A DNA stretch of 64,000 nt. Source: Octopus vulgaris. Lineage: Eukaryota. Made by a program: the position numbers and the translations under genes. Below, one piece after another: positions 26,051 through 37,392 of the stretch. The stretch covers positions 70,742,001-70,806,000 of the forward strand of contig OX597823.1 in assembly GCA_951406725.2 (NCBI GenBank), given 5' to 3'. Below the pieces are notes generated by a model, which was not told the DNA's origin, searched no databases, and worked only from the letters and a program-made list of their open reading frames with translations. The stretch's first letter is position 1, and every line of letters starts with the position of its first letter.

Positions 26051-26780
26051 TACACACACACACATATAGATATACATATGCATATATAATTATCTATTTA
26101 CATATATAGATATACGCATATATGTTCCTATGCATACATATAATATATACGAATATGCATGTGTGTGTGTCTGTTTAATTTGAATTATTTTACCTCATGA
26201 GAAAGCTTAGATGTGGTTGCTTCATCTGCTAGTAATTGTAACTAAATTTCTCTGTAATCAAACCTTCAATATTAAATAATTAAAATATCCTAAACTATTT
26301 AATACAATCACTTGCATATTAAACAACAAAACGAACGTGAACAAAAATATGAAATATAAGCTATGCAGATATTAACGCAAAAGACATCACCAATTACAAT
26401 AGAAAGATATTTCAACGACACAAACATGAAGATTTCTCTGTCCAGTTTTTTAATACCGAAGTCTTAAAATAAAAATTTGAAGATGGCGACACGATGTAGC
26501 CATCGTGGTGAAAGATCATTGATTCATTGCATCCAGCAAAGATGATAGCTTCGCCGACGCCTTCAAAATAGACGATTAAAATGACATTTTAAAAAAATAT
26601 CTTCACTTTGGACTTATTAATACTTAATTATTCATTTTAGATCAAAAAGGAAAGTAGACATGCTGCAATATTCAATCATTATTTTTCCGTTATAATTAGG
26701 ATTTATATATAGCTGTGTGTATAAATATATATTCACACACACACATATATTTACATATACATATATATGAGTGCATATAT

Positions 26781-26817
<37 letters not shown>

Positions 26818-27198
26818 TATATATATATTTGTATACACACACACACTCACACACAAGTACATATATGTAAATATATGTGAGTGTATATATATTTACATAT
26901 ATATATATTTCTGTGAATATATATATTTGTATATATGTGTGTGTGTGTGTGCGCGCGCGCTTGTGATGTGTGCGTGTATCTGGTTATGTATGTACGTATG
27001 TATATGTATATGTGTGTGCGCGCGCGTATGTGTGTGTGTGGAAGATAGATAGATAGATAGATCGAAAGAGATAGATAGAATGATAGTGCTGTTACCATCG
27101 TAACTAACAAGTTTTGAAAGATATACAGTGACTTTTTAGTTGTTTCCTTGTGTGTATGTGCATGTATTTCACTCTCTCTCTCTCTCTCTCTCTCTCCC

Positions 27199-27247
<49 letters not shown>

Positions 27248-27573
27248 GTTTCTGTCTTTCAACTTATAGAAAACGCAATACAGACTAAAAAAAGACGTTC
27301 ACTTTCGATAAAAGAAGAGAGGGAGAAAAGGTTCGTGTTGAGCGAGAAATACAGTGAGAGAGATAGAGTGTGTATGTGTGTACGTGTTTGTGTGTCTCTT
27401 AAGATCACAGTGTGTGTATGTGTGTGTGTGTGTGGAAGATAGATCGATAGGTAGGTATTGTTGTCACGCCAGAAACTGACAAGATTTGATAGAAAAAATT
27501 CGGGAATTTTAAGTGCAAGACAATACAACGTAACACGATTTTCAAAAGTCGACTATATGTGTATATATATATA

Positions 27574-27645
<72 letters not shown>

Positions 27646-27679
27646 CATACATACATATATATATATATGTATCATATTC

Positions 27680-27887
27680 TTTTATTCTTTGACTTTTTTC
27701 AGACATTTGATTCCGGCCATTCAGGAACACCGTCTTTTAGTCGAACAAATCGACCCCAGGATTTATTCTTTGTAAGCCTAGTACTTATTCTATTGTTCAC
27801 TTTTTGCCGAACCACTAAGCGACGGGACGTAAACACACCAACATCGGTTGTCAAGCGATAGTGGTGGGGGGGACAAACACAGACACA

Positions 27888-27933
<46 letters not shown>

Positions 27934-28093
27934 CGGGCTTTTTTCAGTTTCCATCTACCAAATCCACTCGCAAGGCCTTGATCGGCCCGAGGCTAAGTTG
28001 AAGACACTTACCGAAGGTGCCGCGCAGTGGGACTGAACATACGAAGCATGTGGTTGGGAAGCAAGCTTCTTACCACACAGCCACTCCTGCGCC
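27680..28093 (-). mobile_element. SINE family A, near full length, with internal (TA)n
   Basis: Head GGCGCAGGAGTGGCTGTGTGGTAAGAAGCTTGC and shared body. Confidence 0.85.
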
Positions 28094-28117
28094 TATAGCA
28101 TATAGTTATTCTTATTT

Positions 28118-28160
<43 letters not shown>

Positions 28161-28192
28161 TAGGTTTGTTCACAGGAAACGTTTTGAATAAA

Positions 28193-28674
28193 GCTCCTAT
28201 TCAATTATGCTGGCCACAGTATAATGATCCTGACTGGTGAACCAGTTTTGGAGGGTTGCATTGAGCTGTACCAATATAATGTAGGATAAATATAATAATG
28301 ATAACAACAATAATCCTTGGATGGAATTTATGAACATTTAATGCATTACTGGACGTACAAACTTTACTCAACCTTCATACTGGTACATCCATTAATGTTA
28401 TATCGCCTGAAGAAATGAATCCATGAAGATGATCAGCCCTATGCCCACGGATACTACGGACTAGACTGTAATCAACCCAAGATTACGGACTGTGATCTTA
28501 AGAGACATGTGAGTTGTGGAAACGCGCGTAGCGATGCATTAAATGTTTGTAAATTATATTCAAGGATTATTGTTATTATTATTATTTTTATCTTATATCA
28601 TATCGGTACAGCTCGATGCAACCTAAAAACCTGGTTCACTAGTCAGGATCATTAGACCTAATGGAATAGGAGCC
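28193..28674. mobile_element. ~100-bp inverted repeats enclosing a hammerhead motif
   Basis: GCTCCTATTC...AATGATCCTGACTGGTGAACCAG...GAGCTGTACC against GGTACAGCTC...CTGGTTCACTAGTCAGGATCATT...GAATAGGAGC. Confidence 0.8.
28402..28535 (+). ncRNA. Type I hammerhead with ~105-nt stem II region
   Basis: ATCGC-CTGAAGA-[~105 nt]-GAAA-CGCGCG-TA-GCGAT. Confidence 0.75.
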
Positions 28675-28677
28675 ATT

Positions 28678-28810
28678 AGGGAGTATGGCTCCAAACTTAC
28701 AGGGAAAAATTAGATTTAGGATTAAATCAAATTTCACAGTATAAATATATAAAATTATTTATTATATTATATTTATCATTCTTTTTATAATTTTGGGGAA
28801 AAAAATTTTA

Positions 28811-28853
<43 letters not shown>

Positions 28854-28952
28854 TATATATTATATTAATTATATTTATATTATTTGCTATTTATGTATTG
28901 GTTTATGTCTATCACTGTTTGAGTTGCCTAATAGTGGTTTTATCTCTAATTC
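28678..28952. mobile_element. Oppositely oriented fragments of the 56.2/58.3-kb pseudo-LTR family around (TA)n
   Basis: TCCAAACTTACAGGGAAAAATTAGATTTAGGATTAAATC matches ~56265, and TTGCCTAATAGTGGTTTTATCTCTAATT matches ~58290. Confidence 0.75.
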
Positions 28953-29231
28953 ATATTTTGTATATATACGAGTCGAAAGAAGGACACTCGACACATTTAT
29001 TGGAAGTAGTTTCAATCAAACTGCTTTGATCAAAATTCCGTAAATACCGTCTGTAATTCCGTATTTACTCGAATGGAAAAATATGCCACTCAAGGAGGAT
29101 GCTAATTTGAACAATTTTCAAGATGCTTCATTTATAGATGCTTTTTTAAAATTCTTTCAGTTGTTAAACATAACTAAATCCTGGAATTAAACGATTTTGA
29201 TTTACTGTCAGGTGACTTTTCGCCTACTCTG

Positions 29232-29263
<32 letters not shown>

Positions 29264-29390
29264 TGTATGTATGTATGTATGTATGTATGTATGTATGTAT
29301 GTATGTATGTATGTACGCATGTATGTATGTATATATGTATGTATGTATGTATGTATGTACGCATGCATGTATGTATATGTATATATATTA

Positions 29391-29705
29391 CTCTCTTTTA
29401 CTCTTTTACTCTTTTACTTGTTTCAGTCATTTGACTGCGGCCATGCTGGAGCACCGCCTTTAATCGAGCAACTCGGCCCCAGGACTTATTCTTTTGTAAG
29501 CCCAGTACTTATTCTATCGGTCTCTTTTGCCGAACAGCTAAGTAACGGGGACATAAACACACCAGTATCGGTTGTCAAGCAATGCTAGGGGGACAAACAC
29601 AGACACACAAATACACAGCGGAATCTGAACTCAGAGCGTAACGGCAGACGAAATACTGCTAAGCATTTCGCCCGGCGTGTTAATGATTCTGCCATCTCGC
29701 CGCCT
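29391..29705 (-). mobile_element. SINE family A 3' half joined to a SINE family B head
   Basis: 29391-29617 matches the family A tail. 29619-29705 matches the GGCGGCGAG(C/A)TGGCAGAA head. Confidence 0.8.
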
Positions 29706-29805
29706 TAGTAATTTTCTGTGTTAAGATGAGTTTAGGTGTTTGTCAGGTGGGAGGGGTGTTAATGAGGTGTAAGATACATGTCTTTTGATAAAAAGAGGAC
29801 GAGGC

Positions 29806-29843
<38 letters not shown>

Positions 29844-29915
29844 CGCGAGAGAGAGAGAAAGAGAGAGAAAAACATAAGGTTACACCTGGAATGATTGTTG
29901 AAAGAAATGTAGAAA

Positions 29916-30275
29916 GGTCAACTATTCAAATGGAGCCAACAGGAGGACACTTTCACAAGCTCTTCATAAAACACTCCTTACACACACCATCACCTCCCAA
30001 CTCCACCCTCAATCAATTTTCTTGTTTTTACCATTCCCTATTTTCTTCTGGCTCTGGTTCATCAACACTCTTTCACTTTCAAACTTATTAACAAACTCCA
30101 ACCCCACTCCCAGACATACCCAAATCTTCTACATATAGAATAGCACAGCTCAACACAACCTGAAGATTGACAACCGTTAAGGACGAATGAGAGAAAGTTC
30201 TCCAGAAAAGTTAACAAAGAATCTTGAAAAAAATCTTCCTACCGTAGTTAACAAAGAACTTATTAGTTCTACAAA
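29916..30275 (+). repeat. Unclassified ~350-bp dispersed repeat, copy 2
   Basis: Collinear with 24945-25305. Confidence 0.8.
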
Positions 30276-30358
30276 CCAAACTATAAAATTTTATTATTTT
30301 ATATTCTTAGAAAATTAAATTGATTAGAACTACCAGTGAAGTCATTCTTTTCCTTTTG

Positions 30359-30390
<32 letters not shown>

Positions 30391-30417
30391 CGGGTGTGTG
30401 TGATTGTGTATAGAAGA

Positions 30418-30479
30418 ATATATTAATAAAAGGAATTCCAACCTTGTCTGATTTTCACGTTTTATTTACTATCTTATAA

Positions 30480-30522
<43 letters not shown>

Positions 30523-30526
30523 TATA

Positions 30527-30569
<43 letters not shown>

Positions 30570-30667
30570 TTATATATGAATATATATATATAATATATTA
30601 TATCATTATAAGATTGTAAATAAAACGTGAAAATCAGACAAGGTTGGAATTCCTTTTATTAATATAT
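30418..30667. repeat. ~65-bp near-perfect inverted repeat separated by a (TA)n spacer
   Basis: TATTAATAAAAGGAATTCCAACCTTGTCTGATTTTCACGTTTTATTTAC against its reverse complement at ~30616-30664. Confidence 0.9.
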
Positions 30668-30680
30668 ATATATATATATA

Positions 30681-30866
30681 TGATAGATCGTTAGCCACTA
30701 CACACATTTTTTTGTCTCTCCTTGTTTTTTCTGTGTCCCTTTCTGTAGAAGAGCGTAGGCTCGAAACGTAAAAGACTTTTTCTATTCCTGAGCCTTATAC
30801 TATTACATCTGTTTGTTTTGTACACCACCTGTCCTCGTCTTTTGTTTTTTTCGTAAACTATCCCTA
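30681..30866 (+). mobile_element. Solo Neptune-type pseudo-LTR with hammerhead variant (CUGUAGA core at 30743)
   Basis: CTTT-CTGTAGA-AGAGCGTAGGCTC-GAAA-CG-TA-AAAG. Homologous to 14243-14449 and flanked by (TA)n. Confidence 0.85.
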
Positions 30867-30914
30867 TATATATGATGATATTAGGGAGTACTTACTAATT
30901 ATATACTGTTTATA

Positions 30915-30975
<61 letters not shown>

Positions 30976-30976
30976 G

Positions 30977-31040
<64 letters not shown>

Positions 31041-31047
31041 TATTATT
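30915..31047. repeat. (ATT)n microsatellite
   Basis: Direct inspection. Confidence 0.95.
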
Positions 31048-31166
31048 TGTTTTATTGTGATCTTGGTAAATGTTTTATCATATATTTAATTTTTTCTATA
31101 TGGTATGATTTACGTCTATCATTGTTTGAATTACATAATAGTCGTTTTTCTCTAATTTATATATGA

Positions 31167-31198
<32 letters not shown>

Positions 31199-31206
31199 GT
31201 GTGTGT

Positions 31207-31288
<82 letters not shown>

Positions 31289-31369
31289 TATATACATATA
31301 TATATATATTAGAAACAATGGATGCAGAAGATAGAGTATACTGGAAACTTTATCACAAAGATCATTTTG

Positions 31370-31460
31370 ACACATCTTGCGTCGCGCTCTCGTAGGTGAG
31401 AAACTATACAATGCATTACGGTGCGTCTCACAGTGCAGAAGCACCTCTTCAGGTGATGTA
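31370..31460 (-). ncRNA. Degenerate hammerhead-like motif, inverted upstream of a PLE remnant
   Basis: Minus strand CATCAC-CTGAAGA-GGTG...CACCTAC-GAGA-GCGCGACGC-AA-GATG. The GAAA and UH sites are mutated. Confidence 0.4.
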
Positions 31461-31659
31461 ACACAGTTTATCGTTACATAAGTAATGTTTCACTCTTAAG
31501 ATCAACCAGTGCATGTTGATCGTAGAAGTATCTAAAACACATTGAGGAAGAATGGTGAAAAATAGGTTAAGCTGCTGAACTGCAACGTAATGTTCCTAAC
31601 AAACTTACAAAGTGTCTTATACGAAGATAAGAAAAAAACCCCTCCAAAATGCTAAGCTG

Positions 31660-32830
31660 AAACACAGTGATGTTTTCAATATAACATGTCTGAACGAAAA
31701 ACCGTTTCCAGATATACAAATATAAACCTACATAACGAAAGAGAATATTGACAAATGTACCGCATATACCCGGGAGAAATTGATCGAGTAATAAATATGT
31801 GCAGCAACCCAAGTGATAAAAAATATAAAAGCAGAAACTGAAACATAAATGGAAGGAAATATAAATTTGTTAGTGAGAGACATGTATTAAGCAAATTATA
31901 TGTAGCTCTAGATAATATAAAGACATCAATTTCTCGACGCATTAGTCACAGTAAAACAGATTATTTAGCTGTACCTAAGAAGTAACCTGTTATCTATACA
32001 AGAAGATAAATTTATTAATTTCTTACAACACGTTCTTAACATAGATCGATTCAAGTTTGCAATTCTTGGCACTAAATTTCACCAACAAATAAAATATAAT
32101 CAAAACAAGAAAAAGGCTGAAATTTACTTACTTTACCAAAACCTGCGATAAAAACATAAACATTGATGAAAAACTCTAGAACTTACTTCGTGGTGAATGT
32201 AATAAAAACTTAGACCCACAAAACTCTGCAAAAAAGAAACTTTAACAAACCCTACAAGATTTAAAGTATATTACATAAAAATATTGAAGAATGTCAAAAG
32301 CAATACGATCGTATTCTTGGATAAAGACGAGTGCATCCCAAGAATCAACAAGTTTACAAAGATCCAGATGGAGAATACGAACCAATTAAAATCAGAATGA
32401 ACAAAAGAATTACAGTAATAAGTGTATAACTAGAATCCCCTGACATTGATGAAGAATTCCACCCCCAGCACATAGACACTGTACAGTAACCGCTTCCTCT
32501 CATCAATCTCTAAACATATAGCTGCAAAATTGTCGAAAATACACAACAGAGAAATACATCGAATGAAATCCCGTATATCTTAGAAGAAACTAGCTAAAAA
32601 AAAATCCCTTTTCAATGTTCTAAGGGAAGACACAATCAGAATAATTTTAGATAAAGCATACTAACACCCAAAAGTAAAACAAAATTATTGGAAAAATATT
32701 AATAAACTATTCAACGGAAAAAACTTTCGCTGTCCTTAAGATATAGAAGCTGACGAAGTTGCTATGGGTTCTCAACTAGCTACAATAGAAAGCAAAATAT
32801 TACATAAATATAAGGATAGGCAACCCTGAG
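31660..32830 (+). pseudogene. Highly decayed PLE RT remnant
   Basis: ADEVAMGSQLA at ~32750 (the GVAMGSPL motif), with A-rich coding-like composition. Confidence 0.55.
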
Positions 32831-32996
32831 AACAAGTTTCTAATATCAAGGCAATTTGTAAATTCAGTTGTAAAAGGGAAAGTAGCAAATTTCAATATGC
32901 TGACTACTACACTGGCCCAGACGAGTGCAACATTACATTACGCACCGTAAAAAAAAGTCTAGATAGAAAAAAATATTAAGATAATCCCCCAACAGA

Positions 32997-33051
<55 letters not shown>

Positions 33052-33289
33052 ACACACAATCACTCACTCATTCACTCACAAGCGCGTGCATACACACAAG
33101 CGCATGTGCACAACACACACACACACATATATATGAGAATGATTGCATTTAGAAATTGCTCCTTCCTTCACTTTTGGTAGATGTAGGTTTGACCACCAGA
33201 ATGGATGAAATCAGACGGTGTCCAACAATCACTAGGTGACATTGGAACGTGTCACTTTCTCGTCGAAAGTTCGGCAATGGAGACCAAAT

Positions 33290-34070
33290 CTCTACCCTTG
33301 CTTTCAGTATAGCTTCACTCTTGCTCCATAATCAGAAAGAGGCTTTTTTGGCGGTTTCTGTCAACCCGTGAGCAGCTAGCTTTCTCTCTCTTTCTGTTAT
33401 TCCAATGGCTCTAAGTATTCTCCGTACTTATTGGGCAGGGAATCCTCTAACAAACCATGACCAAGAATAGCCAAGAAGGCGGCGAGCTGGCAGAAACGTT
33501 AGCACGTCGGGCGAAATGCTTACCGGTATTTCGTCTGCTGTTACGTTCTGAGTTCAAATTCCGCCGAGGTCGCCTTTGCCTTTCATTCTTTCGGGGTCGA
33601 TAAATTAAATACCAGTTACGCACTGGGGTCGATATAATCGACTTAATCCCTTTATCTGCCATTATTTGTCCCCTCTGTGTTTAGCCTCTTGTGAGCAATA
33701 AAGAATTAAGAATAGCGATACCTGCATCCCTTCTTGAAGTTCTGCTAATTGTTCTGGTGCTCGATGCTCAAAGACTGCGCTCTTGCTCTTTCGGCATACT
33801 AAGCTCGATAAGGGTTGTCTACTTTGTCTCCTCAAATGACAAGACTAGATTCCACCTCAGACGTGGTTGAAGGGTAAACCTTTCTTCTAGGTATATCTTC
33901 ATAGTCCATGACTGAGCCATTTTTTGTAAACTGCTCGTTCTTTCTGTGTTTAACGGTTTTTCTCCTTTCCGCACGAACTTGATCGTTGAATGGTTGGCGT
34001 TTCTTGGATTTCCAAGATGTAAGCACGTGTTATGAGCACCTTGTCATGGTACCACCTGTATCTTCCTTAG
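33290..34070 (-). mobile_element. RLE-type non-LTR retrotransposon 3' remnant (Hero/NeSL-like), interrupted by a SINE
   Basis: Minus strand GRYRWYHDKVL, LIELSMP (IELTVP-like), RRILRAIGITE, ETAKKASF. Confidence 0.65.
33478..33708 (+). mobile_element. SINE family B, full length
   Basis: GGCGGCGAGCTGGCAGAAACGTTAGC...GAGTTCAAATTCC (B box). Candidate TSD AAGAATAGC on both sides. Confidence 0.88.
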
Positions 34071-34107
34071 TTAAGTGCTGCTTTACACGCTAAGAAAATG
34101 TCCGCTA

Positions 34108-34150
<43 letters not shown>

Positions 34151-34199
34151 CCGCTAAGCCTACACACCTGGTCCTCGATCATCATGCGCCTTCTGCAGA

Positions 34200-34403
34200 G
34201 ACTTGTACGCGTTGGTGGGGGTTCATGCAACGCTCGCAGCAGGAAAGAGACGTGGAAAGTTTCTGGTCCGCCATGTAACACTTGAGAGAATTATGTGCAA
34301 CATTTGCTTGAAGAAATTTGAAACAGAATCAGCGTTAGGTAGCCATTTGAGGGTTCATGACAGAAAACCCATTAAATATATAACAGGAATACATCTGCAA
34401 TAA
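34200..34403 (+). mobile_element. Probable LINE C-terminal C2H2 zinc-finger remnant
   Basis: CNICLKKFETESALGSHLRVH, a single terminal finger of the kind seen at RTE/RTEX ORF ends. Confidence 0.45.
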
Positions 34404-34479
34404 GAATGTCGTTGAAATCGAGTTGACGATTATAACTATATTTACATGTAAGTGATATATATATATATTATGCAAATAT

Positions 34480-34527
<48 letters not shown>

Positions 34528-34610
34528 TGTGTGTGTGTGTGCGGCTGGTGATGGTTGGCTCAGCTAAACGGTTTACAGTAGATGCTTTGACATTATAAAT
34601 TTTTCACGCT

Positions 34611-34812
34611 ATCATCATCAACATCATCGTCATCGTCTTCTTCTTCTTCTTCTTCTTCTTCTTCTTCTTCTCCTTCTTCTTCTTCATCTTCTTCTTCTTC
34701 TTCTTCTTCTTCTTCTTCATCATCATCATCATCTTCTTCTTCTTCTTCTTCTTCTTCTTCTTCTTCTTCTTCTTCTCCTTCTTCATCATCTTCTTCTTCT
34801 TCTTCTTCTTCT

Positions 34813-34844
<32 letters not shown>

Positions 34845-34846
34845 TT
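34611..34846. repeat. (TTC)n/(TCA)n/(TTTC)n microsatellite
   Basis: Direct inspection. Confidence 0.95.
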
Positions 34847-35020
34847 TCACTCTATGAATATGTTTACACACGTACACACGCATACACACACACGCACGGT
34901 GCATGTATGTACATTTTATATTTTTTATCATATGCATGCATACATGTATATTATATACATGTATATTATATATGCACATACATATATGTGTGTATATATA
35001 TATATAATATACTCACGTAT

Positions 35021-35873
35021 ACAGAATGCGACAAAATGATCTGACATATTTGTAGGTTTAATAAAAGTAAAATAAAGGACGAAAACTGTGTTTTTATTTT
35101 CGAAATGTACATATAATACCATTTTGTTTTATTTGGTTTTAAAAATTAAACCAGTCAAGTGGGTGCTGTTACTGTCCACACACTGTCGAAGGCGTTCACG
35201 CATGTTGTCCATAACTCGAAGGGTTATTTCATGTGGAATGGCACCAGTTTCTTGACGAATGACATCTTTAATCGTTAAATAGATCGAGGGCGATGGGTGA
35301 ATACATCTGATTTCAGGTATCATCACAGAAAAAAATCATACGGGTTCAAATCAGGTGATCGAGCGGGCTAACCGATATCACCAAGCAATGAGATCAAATG
35401 GCCGGGGAACATCTCCCTCAAAATCCCTATCGCATGCCGAAAAGTGTTGGCTATTGTTCCATCCTGTTGAAACCAAACATTGTCCTTATCGCCAAGTTCA
35501 TTCAATATCTTTAAGTTCACACAATATCGATCGGAATTCACAGTCACTGTAGCAGTGTCTTCTTCGAAGAAGTACGGACCCCAAATGCCGAATTCTACTG
35601 CTGCAGTATTTCGAGTAGGTACGAGATCATGTCTACCAAGCCTGAAGAGCACACGGAACGCTCTTCGTGTTGCAGTTACGGATTCGTTGTTCTTGATAAG
35701 CGTTACCACAATGAAAGTGCGATGCTCACCCGTCCAATTCATGTTGGCAATTGAAAACGAATTGAAACAAAGTTACAAATTGCACCATTTGAAACAAAAT
35801 GGCATTATATGTTGTTCTATTTTGGTATGGTCATTTCATTTATTATTATTTTTTTTGTCAAATATATATGGAC

Positions 35874-35909
<36 letters not shown>

Positions 35910-35990
35910 AAGTAGAAACAGTTTTGGTTCTTTACTTTATTTCACTTTTATTAAATCTACAAATGTGTCAATTCATTTTGCCGCACACTG
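35021..35990 (-). mobile_element. Internally deleted Tc1/mariner element with ~85-bp TIRs and TA flanks
   Basis: TA|CAGAATGCGACAAAATGA... against ...TCATTTTGCCGCACACTG|TA. Protein MNWTGEHRTFIV..RAFR, WGPYFFEE, WFQQDG, SPDLNP. Confidence 0.9.
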
Positions 35991-36796
35991 TATAATATCT
36001 ATATATACATAAAGAGAGAAAGCGGGGGAGAGAGAGAGAGAGAAAGGAGAGGGAGAAGAGAAAGTGTAAAAAGGAAAGAGAAAGCGATAAGAGAGATCTA
36101 CCCACACATACAAATAACTTACACATTTATATATTCGTGAGCCTTGTCAATGACTTTTAAATATATTGATATATTTTTATAATATTGTACTATATAGAAT
36201 TCAATTATTCTTCTCCGTATGGTAAACATGTAAAACCATTACATTTTTTGCTGATATTTACAGATATCTCACACAATGTATCAGTTTCTTGTTATAAAGC
36301 AGGCTATTGTGATAAAATAACAGTATAAAAACTCAATATACCAGGGTTTTCTAGCGGAAAAATGTTTCCAAATTCTAAAATTTGTGCAAAATTGAATGTT
36401 ATGCGACGTTAACTATATATTGATTGTTTTGGTGGTGATGTTGACGGTGATAGAAAGCTGGTTCCTATAGAATGTATTTCTCCATTCACAAAATATAATT
36501 TTTGTAACAGACAATGATGGTCCTCAAGTATATACATGGATATGTAGATAAATTTCTATTCAGTTACCTTATCACTTTATAAGTCCTTTATTATTAGTTG
36601 GGAATAAAAACCCTGCTCAGTCTATTAGTCCATTAACACTCCAAGGCCTGCACAATTTCATCCGAAGATATTTTTTAGTAGATCACGAAGTATCTTTGGA
36701 ATACTGTTGTAACCGATAAAATCATCAACGGCAGATTTAAAATAATATGATACAACGATTAGGACCTGATTGATTTCATGATTTATCTTACTTGTG

Positions 36797-36883
<87 letters not shown>

Positions 36884-37243
36884 CACATATATACACATAT
36901 ATATATATATATATTCTACTGGACCCAAATGGTTTCTACTTCAAAGGGATCTTGATTTATGGCTCTGCCACTTAAACTGTCTTTTTCGCTATCCATAAAA
37001 GATAGATTCTTGTTTTCCAGTAGACCTGATAAACTAGTCTATAAACATAAACCCCCTCCCCCAGTAGTAAATCTAAATAACAAAGTAAAATCAATGATAA
37101 GCAGTGTCTTCCTGTGAAAAAAATATCAGTTACTACTATGATATTGTTTATGAAACTTTTTCCTTGTCTACCTCTTTGTGATTTTGGTTAATGGAATAAC
37201 TATTAAAATGAATCTTTTAAACTTAACTAAATTCTATATTTTT

Positions 37244-37333
37244 ATGCAGCTGAAGATTGCTCTACATTTTAAAACTGACGTAATACTTGCATTGTTCAAT
37301 TAAATGGAGTCGCATGCAACGATCGTACTGCAT
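37244..37333 (+). ncRNA. Hammerhead motif with ~60-nt stem II region; GAAA mutated to GCAA
   Basis: ATGCAG-CTGAAGA-[59 nt]-GCAA-CGATCG-TA-CTGCAT. The unit ends in (TA)n at ~37366. Confidence 0.7.
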
Positions 37334-37392
37334 TACCTCTGGATATTCTTGTTGCTTATTTTGATTATATATATATATATATATATATATAT

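Noticed and set aside
33478-33570. tRNA gene calls at SINE heads
   Set aside because: A/B boxes are present, but there is no cloverleaf and the sequence continues into SINE bodies.
34593-34979. Poly-Glu / poly-Lys ORFs
   Set aside because: Trinucleotide microsatellite artefacts.
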